Source: Variovorax sp.
Lineage (GTDB): Bacteria > Pseudomonadota > Gammaproteobacteria > Burkholderiales > Burkholderiaceae_C
Reading direction: 5' to 3'
Length of the DNA: 64,000 nucleotides
Assembly: GCA_031418715.1 (NCBI GenBank)
Contig: JANOJL010000003.1
Span: 58,201 to 122,200 of the forward strand
A model generated the notes under the pieces. The model did no database searches and was not told where the DNA came from. It saw only the letters and a program-made list of their open reading frames with translations. Each line of letters opens with the position of its first letter. Position 1 is the stretch's first letter. The position numbers and the translations under genes were made by a program. Positions 54,848 through 63,171 of the stretch are shown in pieces.

Positions 54848-54967
54848 GGTAACGCGAAAAACGCAAAAAAACCGCGAAAATCGCCAAAGCAAATTCATTC
54901 ACGACTCTATCTGAACTCAAAACACTTTTTGCGCTTTTCGCGTTCTTTTCGCGTTTTTCGCGTTACC
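54848..54967. repeat. Family-B A-tract inverted-repeat element (37-nt arms, 46-nt spacer)
   Basis: The left arm is ggtaacgcgaaaaacgcaaaaaaaccgcgaaaatcgc. The reverse complement of the right arm is ggtaacgcgaaaaacgcgaaaagaacgcgaaaagcgc. The arms match at 33 of 37 positions. It fills the polA/thrB divergent region. Confidence 0.85.
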
Positions 54968-54975
54968 ACTTCCAC

Positions 54976-55935
54976 ATGGCTGTTTACACCGAAGTTCCAC
55001 TCCAAGAAGCACAAAGCCTGTTGACCCAACTGGGCTTAGGCGAAGTCTCAGACCTTCAAGGCTGCAAAGGCGGCATTGAAAACACCAATTATTTTGTGGA
55101 CGCAAGCAGTGGCCGTTATGTGCTCACGCTCTTTGAGCGCCTCACGCATGAGCAATTGCCGTTTTATCTGTATCTGATGAAGCATCTGGCGCAACGAGGC
55201 ATTCCTGTGCCCGATCCACAGGCAGATAAGAGCGGAGATATTTTGCTGACAGTGCTCAGCAAACCCGCCTGCGTGGTCAACTGCCTGCGCGGAGGCAGCG
55301 AGCTCGCCCCCACAGCCGCACACTGCGCCACCGTGGGCGCGATGCTCGCGCGTATGCACCTGGCAGGAAGAGATTTCAATCGCAGCCAACCCAATTTGCG
55401 CAGCCTGCTTTGGTGGAACCAGACGATTCCTGTGGTGCTGCCCTTTTTGAGCGCAGATCAAGCGGCCCTCATCCGCAGTGAACTGGCCTATCAAAACCAC
55501 ATCGCCAAGAGCAGCCCATATACCGCCCTGCCACGCGGTCCGGTCCATGCGGATCTGTTTCGTGACAACGTGATGTTTGAAGGCGGAGAGCTCACCGGCT
55601 TCTTTGATTTTTACTTCGCGGGTGTGGACAGCTTTTTGTTTGACATCGCCGTTTGCCTGAACGATTGGTGCATTGATCTGGCCACTGGCATTCCCAACGA
55701 AGAACGCCAAAGCGCCTTCTTGCATGCCTATCAATCAGAGCGGCCTTTTGAAGCTGCTGAGCGTCAACTCCTCCCCGCCCAGCTGAGAGCAGGCGCTTTG
55801 CGCTTTTGGACTTCGCGTTTATGGGATTTTCATCTGCCGCGCGAAGCCAGTTTGCTCAAAGCACATGACCCGGAGCATTTCGAGCGCGTGCTGCGAGAGC
55901 GTCTGGCCAGTCATCCTAAAGCCTTGCTTTCGTGA
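54976..55935 (+). CDS. thrB: Homoserine kinase, type II (APH-fold, Pseudomonas-type ThrB)
   Basis: GIENTNYFV...VLTLFER...HADLFRDNVMF...GFFDFYFA parallels Pseudomonas ThrB. It is divergent from polA, as in many beta/gamma-proteobacteria. Confidence 0.85.
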   Translation: MAVYTEVPLQEAQSLLTQLGLGEVSDLQGCKGGIENTNYFVDASSGRYVLTLFERLTHEQLPFYLYLMKHLAQRGIPVPDPQADKSGDILLTVLSKPACVVNCLRGGSELAPTAAHCATVGAMLARMHLAGRDFNRSQPNLRSLLWWNQTIPVVLPFLSADQAALIRSELAYQNHIAKSSPYTALPRGPVHADLFRDNVMFEGGELTGFFDFYFAGVDSFLFDIAVCLNDWCIDLATGIPNEERQSAFLHAYQSERPFEAAERQLLPAQLRAGALRFWTSRLWDFHLPREASLLKAHDPEHFERVLRERLASHPKALLS

Positions 55936-55994
55936 AGTAGATCACGCAAAGCCTAAGGTCTTCACGACCATTTACGACACAATAGAAACTCACC

Positions 55995-56795
55995 ATGCGT
56001 CTTCAAATCTTATCTGCCGGCACCGGCATCACCTGGGTCAAACTCGGTGTCAAAACTTTTTTCAAACAACCTCTGGCCTTGGGCGGCCTCTTTTTCATGT
56101 TCATGGCATTGACGAGCTTTCTCTCGATCATCCCGGTGTTGGGCACGGTGATGGCATTGGCTATTGTCCCAGCAGCCACGCTGGGGCTGATGGTGGCGTC
56201 GCTAGAGGCTTTGCGCGGTAAATTCCCAATGCCCTCCGTCTTGCTCACGGCATTCAAAGCAGACAAACCGCGAATCAAAGCGATGCTCGCACTGGGCGTG
56301 ATGTATGCAACTTGCTTTCTGGGTATTGTGCTTCTGGTGAGCGCAATCGATGGCGGCACGCTTGACAAGCTTGATCTCGCCGACCCCGAGAAAGCACGCG
56401 CTGTGATGGACAACCCAGATTTCCAAACCGCTTTGCTGGTGGGCATCTCGCTATACAGCGTGCTTTCTGTGATGTTTTGGCATGCGCCAGGCTTGGTGCA
56501 TTGGTATGGCATGAGCCCGACCAAGGCCATCTTTTTCAGTATTGTGGCCTGCATGCGCAATGTGGGCGCTTATGTGATGTATGGCTTGACGTGGATGGCG
56601 CTGCTGATGGGCGCGAGTGTTTTACTCGCCGTCGTGTTAGGTACTTTTGGCTTGGCAGCATTCGGCAGGCCGATTCTTATGGCCTTTGCTTTGAGCATGG
56701 CTGCGATGGTTTCTACTTCCGTTTATTTCACATTTCGCGACAGCTTCGTGCATACTGAGGAATCACCCGCAGAAATGCATCCGCCAGCGGCTTAA
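55995..56795 (+). CDS. BPSS1780-like polytopic membrane protein
   Basis: N-terminus GITWVKLGVKTFFKQPLALGGLFFMFMAL plus several TM segments. Family name is from memory. Confidence 0.55.
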   Translation: MRLQILSAGTGITWVKLGVKTFFKQPLALGGLFFMFMALTSFLSIIPVLGTVMALAIVPAATLGLMVASLEALRGKFPMPSVLLTAFKADKPRIKAMLALGVMYATCFLGIVLLVSAIDGGTLDKLDLADPEKARAVMDNPDFQTALLVGISLYSVLSVMFWHAPGLVHWYGMSPTKAIFFSIVACMRNVGAYVMYGLTWMALLMGASVLLAVVLGTFGLAAFGRPILMAFALSMAAMVSTSVYFTFRDSFVHTEESPAEMHPPAA

Positions 56796-56832
56796 ACGCG
56801 TATTTGTATCAGCATCAATCCAGGAGAACAAT

Positions 56833-57591
56833 ATGGAACAACACACCTTGCAAGGCCGAACGGAAGACGAAGTGCTGTGGTTTCAACGCCGCAGCTTCGC
56901 AAAAGCTGCGGCCGCGTGGACGGCCATGGGCGGCTTTGGTGCGGCGCAAGCGCAGCAACGCAGCAATATTGTGGAGTTGGTGGGTGATGCCACCGTCAAT
57001 GGCAGCCGAATGTCACCACAAAACATTTTGCAAACTGGCGACAGCGTCGAAACCGGTCCAGGCTCTAATTTGATCTTTGTCGTGGGCAATGCATCTTTTC
57101 AAGTACGCCAAAACTCGCGCCTCAGAGTCGAGCGCGGAGCATCTCTGAATGCAGTAAGCGTACTTCGATTGCTCACAGGTGCAGTGGCCAGCGTGTGGGG
57201 AAGGGGAAGCAGTCGCCAGATCGTCACGCCCACGCTGACTGCCGGCATTCGCGGCACGGGCGTGTACACCGAAGTGCGCCCACAACAAAACTTTCGCAGC
57301 TATTTCTGCAATTGCTATGGCACAGTGGACATGGCCGCAGGCGATGACAGAGCACTGTCTCGTGCAGACTATCACCAAGCTTTCTGGGGCGAGGCCGCTC
57401 CCGTCAATGGCCGCACCCTCACACCCGCAGGCGCGATCAACCACTCCGACGAAGAGCTCGAAGTGCTCGCTCGCCTGATCGGCCAACGCACCAACTGGCA
57501 AGTCATGGGCAAAAAAGGCACGAAGGATGGCAAAGGCTATATGGACGAATCGCCTAGCAATGTGCATCCTGCGATGCAGCCAACGCGCTGA
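56833..57591 (+). CDS. Tat-exported FecR-domain protein
   Basis: AGGAGA lies upstream of the ATG. Twin-arginine motif QRRSFAKAAAAWTAMGGFGAAQA. FecR-like core (GDATVNGSRM...GDSVETGPGSNLIFVVGNASFQVRQNSRL...GIRGTGVY). Confidence 0.65.
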   Translation: MEQHTLQGRTEDEVLWFQRRSFAKAAAAWTAMGGFGAAQAQQRSNIVELVGDATVNGSRMSPQNILQTGDSVETGPGSNLIFVVGNASFQVRQNSRLRVERGASLNAVSVLRLLTGAVASVWGRGSSRQIVTPTLTAGIRGTGVYTEVRPQQNFRSYFCNCYGTVDMAAGDDRALSRADYHQAFWGEAAPVNGRTLTPAGAINHSDEELEVLARLIGQRTNWQVMGKKGTKDGKGYMDESPSNVHPAMQPTR

Positions 57592-57687
57592 TCAAGGGTT
57601 ATTCCCCTGCCCCAAAGCCCGCCAGATTCGCTCTGCCGGGCTTTTTTGTTTAGACTGCACTGTGACAATAATTTCTTGGAGCATCTC

Positions 57688-59550
57688 ATGAGCCCTCTTC
57701 GCCGCAGTTTTACTCTCTCCACGCTCGCCAGCGCCGCCCTGCTCGCAGCCTGCGTCACCGCTCCCACCCATTTCGCTTACCAGCCCTTCCAGCAGCCCGA
57801 AGGCGCTTCCGGCATCACGGAAAAGCCAGGCTGGGCCACTTCTAAATTCGCCGTGGCAGCATCAAACCCATTGGCAGCAGATGCCGGATATCAAGTCTTG
57901 AGAGCAGGCGGTAGCGCAGTAGATGCCGCGATTGCCGTGCAGCTGGTGATCGGACTGGTGGAGCCGCAATCCAGCGGTATTGCAGGCGGCGCATTCCTTT
58001 TGCATCATGATGGCAAAAAGACGGAAGCTTTTGATGGCCGCGAGACCGCACCAGCCGGCGTCGATGAAAACCTTTTCATAAAAGATGGCAAGCCGATGGC
58101 CTTCTATGAAGGCGTGGTGGGCGGTCGTTCGGTAGGGGTACCTGGCACGATGCGCATGCTGGAGTTGGCGCACAAACAGCATGGCAAGTTACCATGGGCG
58201 AAATTGTTTGAGCCTGCGATTGCCTTGGCCGAAGGCGGCTTCAAAGTGAGCCCGCGTCTGAATACGTTGGTGAAAGCCGATGCGCATCTGAAGAAAGACC
58301 CAGTTGCAACGGCCTACTTCTTCAAGCCAGACGGCGATGCACGCGATGTAGGCTTTAACCTGCGCAACCAAGCCTATGCGGACGTTCTCAAACGCCTAGC
58401 TGCCGAGGGCAGCAAAGCCCTGCACGAAGGCGCAATTGCCCAAGCGATTGTGAGCAAAGTTCAAGGCCACAAAGAGAATCCCGGCAAGCTCACCATGGCA
58501 GATATGGCGGGCTATCAGCCTAAAAAGCGAGATCCGATCTGCGCTGATTACAAAGCCTCGGGGGGTAAAGATTACGTAATCTGCGGCATGCCACCGCCAT
58601 CTTCAGGGATGATCGCCGTCGGCCAAATTTTGGGTACGCTGGCGCAGACGAATGCTGGCAATATCCAGCTTGAATCCGATGGCCTGCCCGGCCCAGGCTG
58701 GATGCATCTCTACACCGAGGCATCACGCCTCGCGTTTGCAGACCGTGCCATGTATTTGGGCGATCAAGATTTTGTACCTGCACCTGACGGCAAAATCGGA
58801 GGCAATTGGAGCGCTATGCTCGCCCCCGCGTATCTAGCTCAGCGCGCCAGCTTGATCAAAGCCACCAGCATGAAGGGCGATGCCAAGCCCGGTGAGCCCT
58901 CCGCTATGCGCTCAGCCTTTGGCAAAGCCGCTGATCAGCCTGAATTCGGTACAAGTCAAATCAGCATTGTGGATGCCTACGGCAATGCCTTGGCGATGAC
59001 TTCGTCTATTGAAGATGCCTTTGGCGCACGCCAAATGGTTAATCCGGGTAACCCGACTGTAGGGGGAGGTTTCCTTCTCAACAATCAATTGACCGACTTC
59101 AACTTTAACCCCATCAGCGCCAGCGGTCAGCCCACAGCCAACCGCGTGCAACCCAACAAGCGCCCGCGCAGCTCAATGAGCCCCACCATTGTTTTTGAAA
59201 AAGCTAATGGCAAGGTGACAATGGTCGGCGGCAGTATGGGCGGAGCAATGATCATTCATTACACCTCCAAAACGATCTACGGCATGCTCAACTGGGGCAT
59301 GAATGCGCAACAAGCGATCAATTTACCCAACTTTGGCGCTACGGGCGCGCCAACAGTGCTTGAAGACAAACGCTTTCCAGCCAGCACGGTAGAAAGCCTC
59401 AAAGGTCGAGGTCACGAAGTACGCGAACAAACCTTAACGAGCGGTATCGAGGCCATTGGCCGCGCTAACTTAAACCCAGCTTCAGGCGGCGGCTCTGGTT
59501 GGTTTGGCGGCGCAGATCCACGGCGCGAAGGCGTGGTGCGCGGGGATTGA
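57688..59550 (+). CDS. ggt: Gamma-glutamyltransferase
   Basis: Lipoprotein/secretory signal (LLAAC). Ntn-hydrolase cleavage/nucleophile region GTSQISIVD. The GGSMGGAMII-type C-terminal small subunit is present. Confidence 0.93.
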   Translation: MSPLRRSFTLSTLASAALLAACVTAPTHFAYQPFQQPEGASGITEKPGWATSKFAVAASNPLAADAGYQVLRAGGSAVDAAIAVQLVIGLVEPQSSGIAGGAFLLHHDGKKTEAFDGRETAPAGVDENLFIKDGKPMAFYEGVVGGRSVGVPGTMRMLELAHKQHGKLPWAKLFEPAIALAEGGFKVSPRLNTLVKADAHLKKDPVATAYFFKPDGDARDVGFNLRNQAYADVLKRLAAEGSKALHEGAIAQAIVSKVQGHKENPGKLTMADMAGYQPKKRDPICADYKASGGKDYVICGMPPPSSGMIAVGQILGTLAQTNAGNIQLESDGLPGPGWMHLYTEASRLAFADRAMYLGDQDFVPAPDGKIGGNWSAMLAPAYLAQRASLIKATSMKGDAKPGEPSAMRSAFGKAADQPEFGTSQISIVDAYGNALAMTSSIEDAFGARQMVNPGNPTVGGGFLLNNQLTDFNFNPISASGQPTANRVQPNKRPRSSMSPTIVFEKANGKVTMVGGSMGGAMIIHYTSKTIYGMLNWGMNAQQAINLPNFGATGAPTVLEDKRFPASTVESLKGRGHEVREQTLTSGIEAIGRANLNPASGGGSGWFGGADPRREGVVRGD

Positions 59551-59562
59551 TTCTCTGCTTAC

Positions 59563-59628
59563 TTTTATGATGATTTAGCCTGGTAGCCGTTATAAAATAT
59601 ACGTGGGGTGCTACTATTTTTGTAGCAC
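59563..59628 (-). repeat. Family-A repeat, copy 14
   Basis: Reverse complement: tgctacaaaaatagtagcaccccacgtatattttataacggctaccaggctaaatcatcataaaa, after the ggt stop. Confidence 0.75.
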
Positions 59629-59664
59629 CCTGTTTTTATTGAGATCGATTGCGCTGTACATTCA

Positions 59665-59988
59665 TCACCGACGCAATCGCGCGATGAGCCACGCTGCAGC
59701 AAGCACGGGTATCAAGATGATCACGTTTGAGACGAGCCCAGCAAGAATCGCGTCTTTCAGGCTCACCGAGCTGCTTGGCATCGTGGTGGGCAGCATCACG
59801 GCGACGAAGACAACACCTAAAACCAAAGGAATGACGCGCCCCGTCACGGCTGCTGTACGCTGCATGGTGACGACCAAGGCAATGAGCAGACCGATTCTAA
59901 AAAGGTCCATCAACTGAGAAGTGACGAGATCGATCAATTGATTTCCAATACCGAATGAATTAAAAAAAGCCACAGTCTTGGCTAACAA
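59665..59988 (-). CDS. Hypothetical small membrane protein
   Basis: 107 aa with ~3 hydrophobic segments, 27 nt downstream of the MFS gene on the same strand. No family recognised. Confidence 0.4.
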   Translation of the reverse strand: MLAKTVAFFNSFGIGNQLIDLVTSQLMDLFRIGLLIALVVTMQRTAAVTGRVIPLVLGVVFVAVMLPTTMPSSSVSLKDAILAGLVSNVIILIPVLAAAWLIARLRR

Positions 59989-60015
59989 AACTGTGGCCCA
60001 GCGGAGATTATGGAT

Positions 60016-61833
60016 TTATCTCTTATCCATGTCGCCAGCAAAGATGTCTTTCTTGTGGGTGCCACCCGGGACGAAAAGCACGCCAATGACCACCGTCATG
60101 ACAGCAATCACGATGGCATACCACAGGCCGGAGTAAATGTTGCCCGTCTGCGCTGAGATCGCAAAAGCAGTCGCAGGCATCAGGCCACCAAACCAGCCAT
60201 TACCGATGTGATATGGCAAAGACAATCCAGAGTAGCGGATACGGGTGGGGAACATTTCAACCAGCATGGCTGCGATCGGGCCGTAAACCATCGTCACCAG
60301 AATAACCAAATAGGTCAGGATAGCGATGATGGTTAACTTCTGTGTATTGAAGATGTCAAAGAAGTGCTGAGCCTTGGCAATCGTGGTGTTATCAGCCGCC
60401 ACCATGGGGTAGCCCGCCTTTTTCAGTGCAGCGTTGAGGCTGCCATCAAATGCGGCCTTTGCCTTTTTCAGGTCGTCGCCAGTCAACTTAGCAGCGTCGT
60501 AGGATTGAATCTCTGTTTCACCAACCTTCACCACAGCAAACGTGCCAGCAGCAGCGCCTTCAATCGTGGAGTAGTTCACCGAAGTGCGAGCGAGCTGCGC
60601 CTTGGCAATGTCGCAAGATGAGCTGAATTTCACAGTTCCGGTTGGGTTGAACTGGAACGAGCAATCCTCTGCATTCACCTTCACGGACACTGCTGTCTGG
60701 TGTGCTGCATAAATCGCTGGATTGGCAGTCTTGGTCAGCAAATTGAATACCGGCAGGAAGGTCATCGCTCCCAACAAACAGCCAACCAAGATGATGGGCT
60801 TGCGGCCAATTCGGTCAGACAAAGCGCCAAACACAAGGAAACCGCCCGTACCCAAGATCAGCGACCAAGCGACCATCACGTTAGCGGTGAAGCTGTCGAT
60901 CTTGATGACGTTCTGCATGAAGAACAGCGCATAGAACTGGCCGGTGTACCAAACCACGGCCTGACCGGCAACGAGGCCGAGCAGAGCAATCAAAGCAATC
61001 TTGCCGTTTTTCCAATTGCCAAAGGCCTCAGACAGCGGCGCTTTGGAGGTGCGGCCTTCTTCTTTCATTTTCTTGAAAGCTGGGCTCTCGTTCATTTGCA
61101 GGCGGATATACAGAGAAATCGCCAACAGGAAGATCGAACCAATGAAAGGAACGCGCCAGCCCCAAGCATTGAACGCCTTGACCATGGAGGGCTTGCCGTC
61201 AGCCAACAGCACTGCAACGCCATCCTTCATCAAGGGCACGTCGGGGAAGTTACCGTTCACGTAGCCTTGCACGGAGAGAATCACGATCAACGAGAGCAGC
61301 AGGCCCAGCGTCGCGGTGGTTTGAATAAAGGCCGTGAAATAGCCGCGTTGGTTGGCGGGAGCGTGCTCGGCCACATAAATTGCAGCACCGCCGTATTCAC
61401 CGCCCAAAGCCAAGCCTTGCGCCATGCGCAGCAAGATCAAGATGATCGGCGCGGCAGTGCCCCAGCTTTCGTAGTTGGGCAAGATGCCGACCAAGAAAGT
61501 CGAAATGCCCATGATCACAATCGTCATCAAGAATGTGTATTTGCGGCCGATCATGTCACCGAGCATGCCGAATACCAAGGCGCCGAACGGGCGCACGATA
61601 AAGCCCGCAGCAAAGGCGAGCAAAGCAAATACGTTGCGGGTGTTTTCCGGGAACGCAGTGAAAAATTGTGCACCGATGATGGCGGCAAGTGCGCCATAAA
61701 GGTAGAAGTCGTACCACTCGAAGATGGTGCCTGCAGATGACGCTGCAATCACTTTTTTCTCTTCTCGCGTCATTGGGCGAGATCGTTCTCGAACGTTGTT
61801 TGTCATGTCAGTCGCCATGTGTTTTGTATCCAT
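60016..61833 (-). CDS. MFS transporter, metabolite:H+ symporter (MHS) family, with a ~130-aa periplasmic insertion
   Basis: FEWYDFYLYG and GDMIGRK(Y) are MHS signatures, and 12 TM segments are present. An extra soluble segment with two Cys lies between TM9 and TM10 (nt 60337-60735). The start is uncertain (several Met codons from 61770 to 61833). Confidence 0.85.
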   Translation of the reverse strand: MDTKHMATDMTNNVRERSRPMTREEKKVIAASSAGTIFEWYDFYLYGALAAIIGAQFFTAFPENTRNVFALLAFAAGFIVRPFGALVFGMLGDMIGRKYTFLMTIVIMGISTFLVGILPNYESWGTAAPIILILLRMAQGLALGGEYGGAAIYVAEHAPANQRGYFTAFIQTTATLGLLLSLIVILSVQGYVNGNFPDVPLMKDGVAVLLADGKPSMVKAFNAWGWRVPFIGSIFLLAISLYIRLQMNESPAFKKMKEEGRTSKAPLSEAFGNWKNGKIALIALLGLVAGQAVVWYTGQFYALFFMQNVIKIDSFTANVMVAWSLILGTGGFLVFGALSDRIGRKPIILVGCLLGAMTFLPVFNLLTKTANPAIYAAHQTAVSVKVNAEDCSFQFNPTGTVKFSSSCDIAKAQLARTSVNYSTIEGAAAGTFAVVKVGETEIQSYDAAKLTGDDLKKAKAAFDGSLNAALKKAGYPMVAADNTTIAKAQHFFDIFNTQKLTIIAILTYLVILVTMVYGPIAAMLVEMFPTRIRYSGLSLPYHIGNGWFGGLMPATAFAISAQTGNIYSGLWYAIVIAVMTVVIGVLFVPGGTHKKDIFAGDMDKR

Positions 61834-61898
61834 CTAGTCCGCGCCCGAAACTAGGCGCTCGCTGATTGTGCAAAACAGCCCTTGCCTCGCTCTGACGT

Positions 61899-61961
61899 GA
61901 AACCAACGCCGGCTTGCTTGAAACCAACCCCAGCTTGCGCGAAACCAACGGAGGCTTACTT
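61899..61961. repeat. Three tandem 21-bp direct repeats upstream of the MFS transporter gene
   Basis: gaaaccaacgccggcttgctt / gaaaccaaccccagcttgcgc / gaaaccaacggaggcttactt, 65-130 nt upstream of the MFS ORF start. Confidence 0.8.
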
Positions 61962-62070
61962 CGTGCTTTGTCGTATCTCGCGGCGGGGTGAGCAGGAAAC
62001 GGCAAACATCCCAAGCGTGGCCGAGGCCGAGGCCGATCTATGCAAAAAGCAATCTTCAAAACGCTACCAA

Positions 62071-62130
62071 ATTTATAGCATTCCGCGCAATAAATACAAC
62101 GGCTACATACCCAAAAGGCTTATAAATATC
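62071..62130 (+). repeat. Family-A repeat, copy 15 (degenerate)
   Basis: atttatagcattccgcgcaataaatacaacggctacatacccaaaaggcttataaatatc. It ends at the SIMPL stop. Confidence 0.55.
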
Positions 62131-62878
62131 ACTTCATCTGCACCGCACCCGACACCGTCACCACCACCGTGCTGCGCCCCGCTTCTACAGGCACTGAAGC
62201 GTCTGCCGACATGGATTTGGCCTCCATCGCCATCATGCGCGGACGGCCCACAAAGCCTTGGTCGTTGGCGTTCATGCTGACCTCGCGCACCGTGTAACCG
62301 GCAAAACCAAAACCTTTGCTGATGTCCTGCGCCTTGGCTTTGAAGCGCTCAATCGCTTGCGCTGTCACTTCCGCCTCGACACGGGCACGCGCCTCGCGCG
62401 AGAGGCCAAAGCTCACGTTACCGAGGGTCAGGCTGTTGATCTTGCCCGCCAATTGGCTGATGCGCGCAAAATCGCGTCCTTCCAGCACCAGCTCTGTACT
62501 TCCTTGCCAGCCATTGATTTTTCCGTCGCGGCCATAGCGCGGGTAGAGCGAGAAAGCGCCGGTGCGTACATCGAGTTGCCCTGCTTGCGCGACCTTCTTG
62601 GCTTCGGTCAACGCCGCATCTAGTGCAGTTTTGAGCTGGGTTTGCACGGTGGCTGCATCTGCGCCATCGCGGGTCGTGTTCATGCTGATGGTGAGCAAAT
62701 CTTGCTGCACCTCCAGGCTGCCCTGGGCTTGAAGGGAGACGACATTTTGCGGTGTTTCTGTGCGAATATTTTGAGATAAGGCGGGATTTGCCGTTATAAA
62801 ACCTGCGCACATTGCTATTGAAATCATAGCGTTTTTGGTGTAGACCGAAAAGGAACGGGACTGGGTGCGCAATATCAT
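62129..62878 (-). CDS. SIMPL/DUF541 periplasmic protein
   Basis: The pattern ...VSLQAQGSLEVQQDLLTISMN....A...V...L...L....K and a ~230-aa mature length fit SIMPL/DUF541. The N-terminal ~35 codons overlap a family-A repeat copy. Confidence 0.7.
   Translation of the reverse strand: MILRTQSRSFSVYTKNAMISIAMCAGFITANPALSQNIRTETPQNVVSLQAQGSLEVQQDLLTISMNTTRDGADAATVQTQLKTALDAALTEAKKVAQAGQLDVRTGAFSLYPRYGRDGKINGWQGSTELVLEGRDFARISQLAGKINSLTLGNVSFGLSREARARVEAEVTAQAIERFKAKAQDISKGFGFAGYTVREVSMNANDQGFVGRPRMMAMEAKSMSADASVPVEAGRSTVVVTVSGAVQMK
62770..62832 (-). repeat. Family-A repeat, copy 16 (inside the 5' end of the SIMPL ORF)
   Basis: Reverse complement: cgctatgatttcaatagcaatgtgcgcaggttttataacggcaaatcccgccttatctcaaaata. 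In the ORF it is translated as ...AMISIAMCAGFITANPALSQN. Confidence 0.75.
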
Positions 62879-63171
62879 GGCTTGATCCTAAAGAGAAGTT
62901 TCAACGATGCAGCAAAACTTGCGGATGCGGGTTTTGCTGTGGCTTGGAGGTTTAAACGCAGCAATTTGCTAAGAGGGGTGAAAGGGGGTGAAACGATTTT
63001 ACTTTCGGTACAAATCCTCTCAACAAGCCCACATTGTCTTCGAAAAGACAGAAAATCATCGCAAATCCTGCAAATTCTGTAACAAAACAGTGGTTTCGTG
63101 CATTTTTCACGAGATTTTTCAAAAAACTGGGTGTACATTTCGCTTATGTTACATATTTACAGGAGTAACTC

